The position numbers were made by a program, and so were the translations under genes. A DNA stretch of 63,139 nt, filler included, from Aduncisulcus paluster (taxonomy: Eukaryota), in assembly GCA_024181965.1 (NCBI GenBank). It is 30 parts of 30 records of this genome, joined end to end, with 100 filler letters (N's around TTAATTAATTAA, not from the genome) between each part and the next. Parts side by side here need not be neighbours in the genome. Positions count along the whole stretch, not along the records: positions 36,963 to 38,635 come from BQXS01002415.1; positions 38,736 to 39,994 come from BQXS01002416.1; positions 40,095 to 41,593 come from BQXS01002455.1; positions 41,694 to 59,006 come from BQXS01002465.1; 26 more parts are not named here. One strand, given 5' to 3'. This document shows, one piece after another, positions 36,963-47,610 of the stretch. Below the pieces are notes generated by a model. That model was not told the DNA's origin, made no database searches, and worked only from the letters and a program-made list of their open reading frames with translations. Each line of letters begins with the position of its first letter. Within the stretch, counting starts at the first letter, position 1.

Positions 36963-38262
36963 AGCAGAAATTAAACTATTGGAAACTAACTGATGATGAA
37001 ATCAACCAAATAAAAGAGAGTGGAAAGCCAAGCGAATATTTCAAAATTAAAGCAGATGTTTCCGGTTATGTGATCAAACGAAATGTGGCAGAAGGTGCGT
37101 ATGCTAAAGCAGGTAGTATTCTGTTTGAAATAGCTGACCTGAATAGAGTTTGGATTGAATTTGATGCCTACGAAAAAGATCTTGGATTCATAAAGAAAGG
37201 TGATGAAATTGAGTTCACCGTTTCATCTTTCCCTTCTCAGGTCTTCAATTCTACTATCACTTATATCGATCCGATAATTGATCCTAAAAAACGTGTGGTA
37301 AAGCTGAGAACTGAAGCAAATAACGCAAAAAATTTGCTTAAGCCTGAGATGTTTGCATCTGGAATTATTTATGCCGACATGCAAGATACTCACGAGTCNN
37401 NNNNNNNNNNNNNNNNNNNNNNNNNNNNNNNNNNNNNNNNNNNNNCTTGTAATTCCTAGATCTGCCGTAATGTGGACAGGGAAGCGATCGGTTGCCTATG
37501 TAAAAGTAGATGGTGGATTTGAAATGCGCGAAGTTGAACTGAGTGAGTCCTTAGGTGAATCTTACATCTTAAAAGAAGGAATTGAAGAGGGCGAAGAAGT
37601 GGTTAGTAAAGGTACATTTACCATTGATGCAGCTGCCCAATTGAACAACAAATACAGCATGATGAATCGTCCGGGAAGTGAGCCTGGAGTACCAAAATTA
37701 CAACAGTATGTTACCGAGGATTTCTCTGCTAAATTGAAGGCTTTGCTGCATTCCTACCTAAAAATGAAAGACATTATGGTAGAAACCAAGGCAAAGGAAA
37801 GTAATAATGCAGCCAAACTGGTTATGAAGGCATTAATGCAAATGGAACCATCAAAGGTGAATGTTAAAGGGAAAACACTCAANNNNNNNNNNNNNNNNNN
37901 NNAAAACACTCAAATTTTGGAAGGTAAAGTACGAAATGCTTCATGTTCACCTTGCTGACATTGTAAAAAACAGTAATATGGAATTGCAGAGAAAAGCATT
38001 TAAACCCTTTAATGAAACTTTAATTTCCAGTATGAAATCGTTGGGAACAGGAGAAGANNNNNNNNNNNNNNNNNNNNGAGAAGAGAAGGTATTTATACAG
38101 TATTGTCCAATGGCTGACAATGATACTGGAGGCTATTGGCTAAGTTTAGAAGATAAAATCATGAATCCTTATTTCGGAGATATGATGCTTCATTGCGGTG
38201 AAGTTACGGACACCTTAGTCAAAGTAGAACCAAAATCAGTACATCAGGGGCATCAACATTAA
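36963..38262 (+). CDS. CusB-like RND efflux adaptor with C-terminal DUF3347 (Bacteroidota-like), 5'-partial
   Basis: LFEIADLNRVW, LKPEMF, LVIPRSAVMWTGKRS, then YCPMA..GGYWLS..IMNPYFGDMMLHCG. Confidence 0.9.
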
Positions 38263-38297
38263 AACATATAAACAAGTCGAAATTAAATTAAAACAAA

Positions 38298-38635
38298 ATG
38301 AAAAAGAAATTGTTATTACTAGTAGGAATCGTATCAATGCTAAGTCTTTCATACTCTGCTCAAGCAGAAACTAAAAAGGCAAGTTTTAAAGTTTTCGGAA
38401 ACTGTGGTATGTGTGAAAAGAAAATAGAAACTGCAGCTAAATCTGTTGAAGGCGTAACATTGGCAGATTGGGACAAAAAAACCAAAGCCATGAAAGTAAG
38501 TTTTGACACTGAAAAAACTAGCTTGGATGCAATTCATAAAGCTATTGCCAAAGTTGGTTATGACACTGAAAAGGTAAAAGCTAGTGATGAAGTATACAAC
38601 AAGCTGCATTCATGTTGTAAATACGAAAGAAAATA
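38298..38635 (+). CDS. Exported heavy-metal-associated (HMA) domain protein
   Basis: Signal peptide, GNCGMC, YNKLHSCCKYER. Confidence 0.9.
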
Positions 38636-38735
38636 NNNNNNNNNNNNNNNNNNNNNNNNNNNNNNNNNNNNNNNNNNNNTTAATTAATTAANNNNNNNNN
38701 NNNNNNNNNNNNNNNNNNNNNNNNNNNNNNNNNNN

Positions 38736-38994
38736 GGCAGAACTTTGTGTAAATTATTTGGAAAAACAAATTACAATAGGTGGTCCTGACATAATTATTA
38801 CAATAGGAGATGCTTTTGATTATATGATTAAATCTAAGGATAAAGTATCTGATGTATCTGGGAAATTATTTAGTTATAATGGCACAGATTTAATTCCTTT
38901 GATGGACCCAGAGTTTATATATAAAAATCCATCTTATAAAGAAAAAATGTATCAAGATTTAAAAAAAATAAAAATTAGAATGGATGAAAAATGA
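38736..38994 (+). CDS. Uracil-DNA glycosylase family 4-like protein, C-terminal fragment
   Basis: C..YLEKQI....PDIIITIG..AF...K.KMYQDLKKI pattern. Confidence 0.6.
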
Positions 38995-39994
38995 ATATCA
39001 TAATTAAAACTTTATTGCTTGTGTTTATATTTACAGGTTGTTCTCAAACAAAATATTCGGGTCAATCATATAATGTATCAAATAACTCATCAAATAGTTA
39101 TAATACAATAATTGAAAAAGATGAAGAACCAACTCTTTTTATCAAAAAAGAAGTTAAATTAAAAACAAAAATAGCAATTGTTTTTCCCTCATACACGATT
39201 GGTAAGTATGCGCTAGAAGCAACAAATAGTATTAACACTTATCTGATAAGTAGAGATGAACCATTTGAACNNNNNNNNNNNNNNNNNNNNNNNNNNNNNN
39301 NNNNNNNNNNNNNNNNNNNNNNNNNNNNNNNNNNNNNNNNNNNNNNNNNNNNNNNNNNNNNNNNNNNNNNNNNNNNNNNNNNNNAATATTTTAAATGTAA
39401 TGGAAGAGATAAAAAAAGATAATATAACAAAAGTAATTGCAATGATTACTAAAGAAGATGTTAAGTATCTAAAAGATGTTTTTAATATTGCAAATATTCA
39501 ATTTTATTTACCTTTAGTAAATAAAGGAGATATCATAAATGTAGAACAATTAAATAATTTAAATTTAACATTTGGTGCTATAGATTATAAAAAACAATTT
39601 GAAAAGCTTTTAGAATATGCTAATGGAAATCCTCTTGTAGAACTATATGGAAACTCAGGTATTGGAAGGACATTACATCAGTATTTGAAGAATGAAAATA
39701 TTAGATATAGTAAAAAAATAGACGATAATAATGGGAGATATAAATTTTTTCTTCGAAATAATAAAAAGTTAGATTATAGTTATGTTTTTCTTAATACACC
39801 AATTGTCAAAAGTTCTATTTTATTATCTGCGATTAATTCACAAGAGTTGCTTATCTCTAAAATCATGTCTACTCAATTGAACTATACTCCATTACTATTT
39901 TCACTAACACAAACAAGAGATAGAAAAAAATTAGTAATAGCAAATTCTATTGGAAAAATTCCAGAAGATTTAGAGGAGTACAATAATTTAATAG
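38991..39994 (+). CDS. Putative lipoprotein (periplasmic-binding-fold-like), 3'-partial
   Basis: Lipobox FTGC; KIAIVFPSYTIGKYA; STQLNYTP. Confidence 0.7.
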
Positions 39995-40094
39995 NNNNNN
40001 NNNNNNNNNNNNNNNNNNNNNNNNNNNNNNNNNNNNNNTTAATTAATTAANNNNNNNNNNNNNNNNNNNNNNNNNNNNNNNNNNNNNNNNNNNN

Positions 40095-40966
40095 TTAAGC
40101 GCACAAAACGAACAAATTAAAATAGCCAATCAAAATTTAAAGGAGTCGGAAAAAAATTTAAGAGAATTGGTAGATACAAAAAACAAGTTCTTTAGAATTA
40201 TATCACACGATTTGAAAAATCCTTTTACCAGTTTACTATCTATTAGCGAAATGATACATGAAAACTATGAATTGGTGGATGACGATGAGAAACAAACTGG
40301 AATTCGAAAAATTCATGAATCGGTTAAGCACATTTTCACATTACTGGAGAATTTATTAACCTGGTCCCGATCACAAACCGGTAAAATTCAATTCATTCCT
40401 GAAGTGTTTAATTTGTCCGATTTAATAAGCGAATCGGTGAATTTGTATAAAACATCTGCAGATAAAAAACAGATTAAACTAGTAAATGAATGTTGTGAAG
40501 AATTGTCTGTAATTGCAGACAGAAACATGTGCAGTTCAGTTTTAAGAAATTTATTGAATAATGCACTAAAATTCTCTTATGCCGAAAGCCAAATTNNNNN
40601 NNNNNNNNNNNNNNNNNNNNNNNNNNNNNNNNNNNNNNNNNNNNNNNNNNNNNNNNNNNNNNNNNNNNNNNNNNNNNNNNNNNNNNNNNNNNNNNNNNNN
40701 NNNNNNNNNCGATTAGAGTAAATCCAAAAGAGAATTTTCATGAGATACAAGTTATAGATCAGGGAATTGGAATTGAAAAAGAGAATCTGGAAAAACTTTT
40801 CAGAGTAGATTTAAAATTTAAGTCAACAGGTACTTCCGGAGAAAAAGGCACCGGTTTGGGCTTACTCTTGTGCAAGGAATTTGTTGAAATTAACGGAGGA
40901 CAAATTAAAGTTGAGAGCGAAATAAATAAAGGAAGTATTTTTTCATTTACACTTTCAAGTTCTTAA
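40095..40966 (+). CDS. Sensor histidine kinase, 5'-partial (Bacteroidota-like)
   Basis: IISHDLKNPF, LENLLTWSRSQ, NLLNNALKF, DQGIG, GEKGTGLGL across a gap. Confidence 0.92.
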
Positions 40967-41285
40967 ATGTTTTAGAATCTCTCAAAACATGGGTGTTTGA
41001 TTTGAATTTCTCAATAATTTAAGGATATTTGCATCTGTATTTATCCAANNNNNNNNNNNNNNNNNNNNNNNNNNNNNNNNNNNNNNNNNNNNNNNNNNNN
41101 NNNNNNNNNNNNNNNNNNNNNNNNNNNNNNNNNNNNNNNNNNNNNNNNNNNNNNNNNNNNNNNNNNNNNNNNNNNNNNNNNNNNNNNNNNNNNNNNNNNN
41201 NNNNNNNNNNNNNNNNNNNNNNNNNNNNNNNNNNNNNNNNNNNNNNNNNNNNNNNNNNNNNNNNNNNNNNNNNNNNNNNNNNNNN

Positions 41286-41592
41286 TTGATGAGAGATAAA
41301 GTTCTTCAACTGGCGAAAGAGAAAAATGCTGTAATTTTAGCACACTATTATCAAACACCAGATATTCAGGAGATAGCGGATTTCAAAGGTGATAGTTTGG
41401 CACTAGCTCAGAAAGCAACTGAAGTGGATGCCGATATTATTTTATTTGCAGGCGTTCATTTTATGGCGGAAACTGCAAAAATATTAAATCCAAATACCAA
41501 AGTGCTCCTACCCGATTTGGAAGCAGGTTGTTCCTTAGCAGAATCTTGTCCAGCGGAGGATTTTGCAAAATTCAAGGCTAAATATCCAGATC
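41286..41592 (+). CDS. nadA: Quinolinate synthase NadA, partial
   Basis: [37 protein letters not shown]. Confidence 0.95.
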
Positions 41593-41693
41593 ANNNNNNN
41601 NNNNNNNNNNNNNNNNNNNNNNNNNNNNNNNNNNNNNTTAATTAATTAANNNNNNNNNNNNNNNNNNNNNNNNNNNNNNNNNNNNNNNNNNNN

Positions 41694-42384
41694 GGGAAAC
41701 AAGGTAGTTAAGGTCACCGTAGGAAGGAGTGGTGAGCTTGAGAGTACGGAAACAGATGTCGTACAAGGCCTCGTTGTCGATACAGTAGGTCATCTCAGAG
41801 TTCTCAACCAACTGGTGGATGGAGAGGGTAGCGTTGTAAGGCTCAACAACGACATCAGACACCTTGGGGGAGGGAACGACAGAGTAGGAGCTCATGACAC
41901 GGTCGGGGTATTCCTCACGGATCTTGGCCATAAGAAGGGTACCCATACCGGAACCAGTACCTCCTCCGAGAGAGTGGCAGAGTTGGAAACCTTGGAGGCA
42001 ATCACAGCTCTCAGCTTCCTTACGGATAACATCGAGGACGGCATCAACGAGCTCAGCACCTTCAGTGTAGTGACCCTTGGCCCAGTTGTTACCAGCTCCA
42101 GTCTGACCGAAGACGAAGTTGTCAGGACGGAAAAGTTGACCGAAAGGACCAGCACGAACAGAGTCCATGGTTCCGGGCTCAAGATCAACAAGAACGGCAC
42201 GGGGAACGTAACGACCACCAGTGGCCTCGTTGTAGTAAACGTTGATACGCTCAAGTTGGAGATCAGAGTCACCATCGTAGGCACCAGCGGGGTCGACACC
42301 ATGTTCGTCGGAAATAACTTCCCAGAACTTGGCACCAATCTGGTTACCACATTGACCGGCTTGGATGTGAACGATTTCTCTCAT
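41694..42384 (-). CDS. TUBB: Beta-tubulin, 3'-partial (eukaryote)
   Basis: [36 protein letters not shown]-ending codon bias typical of highly expressed genes. Confidence 0.99.
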
Positions 42385-42466
42385 CTAAGAACAATAAAAA
42401 TATTAATAAGTCACATATTTGACCTAAAATGTGGCAAATATTGCTAAATATTGTAAGAAAACATAC
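42385..42466 (-). other. Predicted 82-nt spliceosomal intron in the beta-tubulin 5'UTR
   Basis: Minus strand GTATGT...TTTTTATTGTTCTTAG immediately followed by ATG. Confidence 0.65.
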
Positions 42467-42687
42467 TTTTTATCCTTGTTACGAATAGAATGTAAACAAA
42501 ACTAAAAAATTCAAAAAAAACAAAATCTTCTTGAAATTTTGATGCTTTTGACTTGTAAAAATCAATATTCCAGACTAAATAAAGCATGTCTAACAATTAA
42601 TAATTATAAAATATAATTAATTTTTAATTTTGCTTTGCTGTCAACTACGTAGGTTGTTTTTCTCATGTATACACGGAATTAGTATCC

Positions 42688-44535
42688 ATGAAAACAAGAG
42701 GAAATGGAACAATTCGGAAAATTAACCCAAATCCATCGGCTTTAAAAGAATTTCCATCTGTTTCTCCCCTAGCTTCCTCTCCATCCTCTTTAAAAAGAGA
42801 ATCTCTCAAAAAATCAATGAATATAACGGAATTATCAAAAAAATCTTCTCGTTACAAAAACATTTCTACAAAAAAACAACCATATTCCGTGACTCCTCTC
42901 AAAGTAATTCGATCTTCCCAATTTGTGGATCAACCTCGGGTCATCCAAAGTTTATCCCAGCATATTTCAACGCGAAAACAATACCAAATGACCCATGATA
43001 TTCCGCCATCCGTATCTGGGCTTTATTACGACCTTAAATATGGGAGTGGAAAAGAACTTTGGTGTCGGATCCGTGAGGTCAGTCCACAATTCCAAAAAGT
43101 GCAACAAAGACAATTAAAGGAGATGCTAATGCTCAAACAAAAACGATCACAGACTCAATCACAATCATGTTATCAGCTTCTCAAACTTTCAACTTTGGGA
43201 ATCCCAACCACCAAAGAAGAAACCAGTTCATTAGCTAAAACTCGTAAAAGGGATAAAAAACGATGTCCTGAAAGTCTTTTATTTCGTAAACGGCGAGAAA
43301 AGGGGCCATCTCACTCAATATTACAATATCCATTATCTACACCTTTTTTACCGGCAGAGCTTCAAATTACCAGTCGTCCGATCGATCTTTCGCCGTCTCG
43401 TCCTCTAACCACTGTTTCTAGCAGCACATCTTCCAGTTCTTCTCACGATTATCTTGTTCAATCGTCTTTCCCGAAGTCCATAGAAGAGCCTGGAAAGACC
43501 TCTTCTTCTCAAAAACTTTTGTCTAAACTTCCGTCGACACAATTTATTGATCTTTGGCCAGAGTCTCATTCAGAGGAGGATAAATATGCATCATCTTCAG
43601 ACAATTCATCTTTTTCAATTGATCTCGATCAAAAACATGTTGACTCTCCAAGCCATGATAAAGAAAAACGGTCAACCAACGTTTCAATACAACCAAAAAG
43701 TATTACTTTCTTGCAAAGTGAAGAAAAGAGAATTTTTATTGAGAGTCGCCAAGAAGAAGAAGAAGAAGAAGAGAAGAGAGAGAGACGGGGCCAATATGTT
43801 GAATATGACATCCATGGAAGAGACATTGATGATAAATTTGAACCTAAAGAAGGACAAGAACCCTTGGAGAGTCTTGACGAAAGTGAACCTCAAATTATCG
43901 ACCAAAGTGAAAGCGAAGAAAAATTGAGTGATTTAAATCATCCAAAATTTGAATCATCTGTTTCTTCTCAAGAGCTATTTATAGATATTAATGAATTTTC
44001 TAAACATATTTCAACTATTGACCATGAACAAGATCATATTTCAGACCAAGATGATTCTCTGTCGCATCATCGAATATCTATTATTATTGGACCTGATCCA
44101 AAAATAGATCACAAAGAATCACTTACTTCTGGAAAAAGCGCAACCATTTTTGAATCTCCTTCCGCTATAAAAATGCCTATTTGTATCGAGAAAACTCCAA
44201 TGGTCGACTCTTCGCCCAAATTTGAATCTCGAATGAAAGAATTTTCGATAAAATCAGATTCTTTAAGAAATGATTGTGATCCTATTCTTGCTTCAGATCC
44301 CATTGAGAGAATTGCCCATGATATGAGAGAAAAAACCGATTGTGTTTCGATAAATTCTCATCTAGATTATGTTAGTGGTTGGAAAACTGAATTAACAGCC
44401 ACAAAACGATCTGATGATCATCTAGATTCACTTTTGAGGGATCAAAACAAAAGATTGCGGGAAAATGGTCACAAAGCTGGAATTTTCTCACAATCGATTC
44501 GTACTTCTCGAAACCATTGTAAAAAATTATTGTAA
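42688..44535 (+). CDS. Hypothetical low-complexity Ser/Glu-rich protein
   Basis: 615-aa ATG-to-TAA ORF, no motif recognised. Confidence 0.7.
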   Translation: MKTRGNGTIRKINPNPSALKEFPSVSPLASSPSSLKRESLKKSMNITELSKKSSRYKNISTKKQPYSVTPLKVIRSSQFVDQPRVIQSLSQHISTRKQYQMTHDIPPSVSGLYYDLKYGSGKELWCRIREVSPQFQKVQQRQLKEMLMLKQKRSQTQSQSCYQLLKLSTLGIPTTKEETSSLAKTRKRDKKRCPESLLFRKRREKGPSHSILQYPLSTPFLPAELQITSRPIDLSPSRPLTTVSSSTSSSSSHDYLVQSSFPKSIEEPGKTSSSQKLLSKLPSTQFIDLWPESHSEEDKYASSSDNSSFSIDLDQKHVDSPSHDKEKRSTNVSIQPKSITFLQSEEKRIFIESRQEEEEEEEKRERRGQYVEYDIHGRDIDDKFEPKEGQEPLESLDESEPQIIDQSESEEKLSDLNHPKFESSVSSQELFIDINEFSKHISTIDHEQDHISDQDDSLSHHRISIIIGPDPKIDHKESLTSGKSATIFESPSAIKMPICIEKTPMVDSSPKFESRMKEFSIKSDSLRNDCDPILASDPIERIAHDMREKTDCVSINSHLDYVSGWKTELTATKRSDDHLDSLLRDQNKRLRENGHKAGIFSQSIRTSRNHCKKLL

Positions 44536-45173
44536 TAATATTTTGTGATTTAATATCTCTTTATCTTATCATCTTTTTTGAATACAACCTGATCCTGAGG
44601 ATTCATCCATCAATACACAGTATTCCATTAAATAGTCTGAGTCTCAATGAGTCATTAATCCAATTAAATGTAAATATAATGTATTAAGTTGTTTTACTCT
44701 GTGTGAATTGAACCACCGTGGTTGAACTAGACTTGTAAAATTGTTACAAGTTGGCTGTTTGTTGAAATGACACAAATATAACTTATCATTTAATATAACT
44801 TTCTTATGATGATCATATATTAGAATGGGCATCACTGTTCAACGGCATGGCAGAACGGCATGGCCAATAAGGCCGTGAAGATGTTTCGTCTTTGATTGAG
44901 TGACCTTCTTTTGAGGTGATTCTGACTAGTACAGACTTTGATCACCATCACCACCATGATTTTCTCAACTTTAATTCTTGCCATAATTTCCACTCAAGGG
45001 TACCAAGAGTTAACAGCAAAAGTAATAAATTTTAAAGAACTATGACCATCTGAACAATGTCATGGAAGGAGGATGGGTGTTTAAGTTAAGCAAGGTCGTA
45101 GATCCAGGAAACTGCTAATAACCAGAGTTTTGAACCCATCCACAACATATAAGACGAAAACAAGAAATTATTT

Positions 45174-46073
45174 ATGAAAATAGCAGTGTGTTATGTTTCA
45201 TTTACAGGAAATACGCAATATGTCGCTCATTCCATCAAATCTTTGCTTGAAGAACGTCACCACTCTGTTGACCTTATTTTAATGAATTGTGCCCTAAAAT
45301 CTACTGCTGAAGCTAAATTGTTTTCCTCTGGACAATACGATGGCATTTATTTCGGATCTCCTACTTGGGCATGGAGAACTCCTTCGATCTTTTCGAGAAT
45401 TCTCAATCATCCAGACATAATTCCAGATATTTCTGGTGTCCCATGCGTATTTTTTGCAACAAGTCAATCAAGTAGTTGCATTATAACTTATGAATGTGCC
45501 CCAATGCTCGAAAAGAAAGGAGCTATAGTTGTTGATTATTTCCTCACTAACGCCCCTTTTATGATGGGTAAACCATCAAAATTTGAGAAGAAAAAAGGCC
45601 ATTGGGCAATGGATAAGCGGGGTCCTATGGAAACTTCCATCATTTCTTCAATTACAAAAATTGTTTCTAAAACTCCGATTCCTGCAAAATTACGAAAGAA
45701 ACCAGGAGTTGTTGTTCGTTTAGGAGCTAAAATACCAGATAAAACCGTTTCCAAGATGTTTCATATGCCTCCTATTATTGAATCTGATTTGTGTATTGGA
45801 TGTGGGTTATGTGTGAAGAAATGTCCCGTAGATGTTCTTCAATTGGTTACTCGTGATCTTTCTGACGAGGAAGAGATTGTTTCAACCATTTCTTCTTCAA
45901 AATCACGAACAGATAAGATTGTGAAAGTTGTCAACAACGATGCTTGTATTGGATGTTTTTCTTGTCAGTTGGTGTGTCCAAAGCATGCCATTCATAACAA
46001 AAAGAGAACTCAAATCCATAAATTCACAAAAGAAATGTTGACTTCAGCAGGGAAGACAGGTTATTATAAATAA
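45174..46073 (+). CDS. Flavodoxin-like + 2x[4Fe-4S] ferredoxin fusion (EFR1-type ferrodoxin)
   Basis: SFTGNT FMN-phosphate loop, FGSPTW; CIGCGLCVKKCP and CIGCFSCQLVCP. Confidence 0.9.
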   Translation: MKIAVCYVSFTGNTQYVAHSIKSLLEERHHSVDLILMNCALKSTAEAKLFSSGQYDGIYFGSPTWAWRTPSIFSRILNHPDIIPDISGVPCVFFATSQSSSCIITYECAPMLEKKGAIVVDYFLTNAPFMMGKPSKFEKKKGHWAMDKRGPMETSIISSITKIVSKTPIPAKLRKKPGVVVRLGAKIPDKTVSKMFHMPPIIESDLCIGCGLCVKKCPVDVLQLVTRDLSDEEEIVSTISSSKSRTDKIVKVVNNDACIGCFSCQLVCPKHAIHNKKRTQIHKFTKEMLTSAGKTGYYK

Positions 46074-46253
46074 ATAAAATTTGTTCATAAATAGGTCATT
46101 CTTTCACTTATCTATTAAATCTAACGAACGTATTTTAGAATTAAAACATCTTTTTGGTTTATTTCCATTATTAAATAATGATTATTTAAACTTTTAAATA
46201 AAGCCAGAATTTGACATTGCTGAGAAAGTGTCTGTCAACCCTTACACAAATAT

Positions 46254-47395
46254 CTATTCCTCTCCTTCTTCTTCCTCTTCATCTTCTTCTTCTTCTTCAT
46301 ACTCTTCGACTTCATACTCCACCTCATATTCAACTTCTCCTTGGTTGGAATTCATCCATTCAACAAAAGGAAGAGCGTATTGGACACAAACTCCATGATG
46401 CTCCTCTCCAAGGAAGAATGGACCTTCTTTGGACTCGGACCACACCTTAAGACCATCGTATTCAAGAGCACCGCATTCATACAATTGTTGGAAAAATCCA
46501 CTGAGAGATCCTTTCGAGGCAAGCAGTTCTGAATGACGATGGACAAGAATTTCACAACATCTAAGCATCAGAGCTTGATCAAGAGGTTTGTCTGACAATA
46601 ACTCACCAAGGATTGGCAAATGAGTGGTCTTCCGGATGTCTTCTGAGGATGTGAAGGAAGCAGCGATTAGACATGGGATTCTCTCTCTCTTTTTAAGGAT
46701 TCCTTCCTCGCGGAACTCATGTAACATGGTACTAATTGTTGAGGCGTCTTTTGAATCGAGGAGAGCCTTCGAAATCTCCTCAACAGGATCAACGACCTTC
46801 ATACTAGACTTATCTTTTCCCTTCTTCCGCTTATGGGACTCTGTCTTGCCGCTGCTCCTTAACTGTTTCTCAATAATAGCAACAATACGATGGGCACCAG
46901 TAAAAATGTCATTATAACCACAAGCTTTGCAATGGCATTCTGTCTTGTCTCCGTCGGGTACAAAAACAGTTTCTGGAAGTCCACATTTTGGACACATAAC
47001 ATAATGATCAATAAAAACTTTCAGATGAGCATTCAAATCCTTCAAGGAATGAACACCAGCAATTCGAGCAAATCCAGTTGTTTTATCGTATTTAGTGTAA
47101 GAACCAACCTCAAATCCAAACCATTTTGTGACAACTGTTGTGAAAAAAGAAGCATAGAAGAAGAAAAATTAGCTATCCAAAGAAAAACAGGGAAAACAAA
47201 AATAATAAACAAAAAACTGGGTAATATGAACATACTTTCAGTTGGACGGTTTAACGCTGTTGCCAAATCTCTCATATTTTCAATAATAGTTCTAATACCA
47301 TTTCCTCTTCCTTCCTTTCTAAGAGCCATTTCTGGCATCCTATAACGGTATCCTGGCGTGGAAGAAAAGTCAATATTAATTAATTTTGGTCCCAT
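46254..47395 (-). CDS. EIF5: Translation initiation factor eIF5; exons 47395-47236 and 47134-46254
   Basis: YRYRMP..KEGRGNGIRT; splicing the GTATGT..CAG intron (47235-47135) restores LNRPTEIVTKWFGFEVG; CPKC..CKACG zinc finger; W2-type acidic C-terminus. Confidence 0.93.
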
Positions 47396-47610
47396 ATCGC
47401 GAACTACTTCGAGACTTCTCGACAAAAACAGTGATTTGATTTTCTGATTCCATATTTGCTCAAATGTGATGAACTTGAAATAAAAGAAATACGATTTAGT
47501 ATTTATCTCAACCATTCATCCGATTTTGATACATTCTATATAATTGTCCTTTCTATTTTTGGAAAAGTACCCATCAATCAGCTTTGTAGCGATAATTCAC
47601 AAACGATAAT

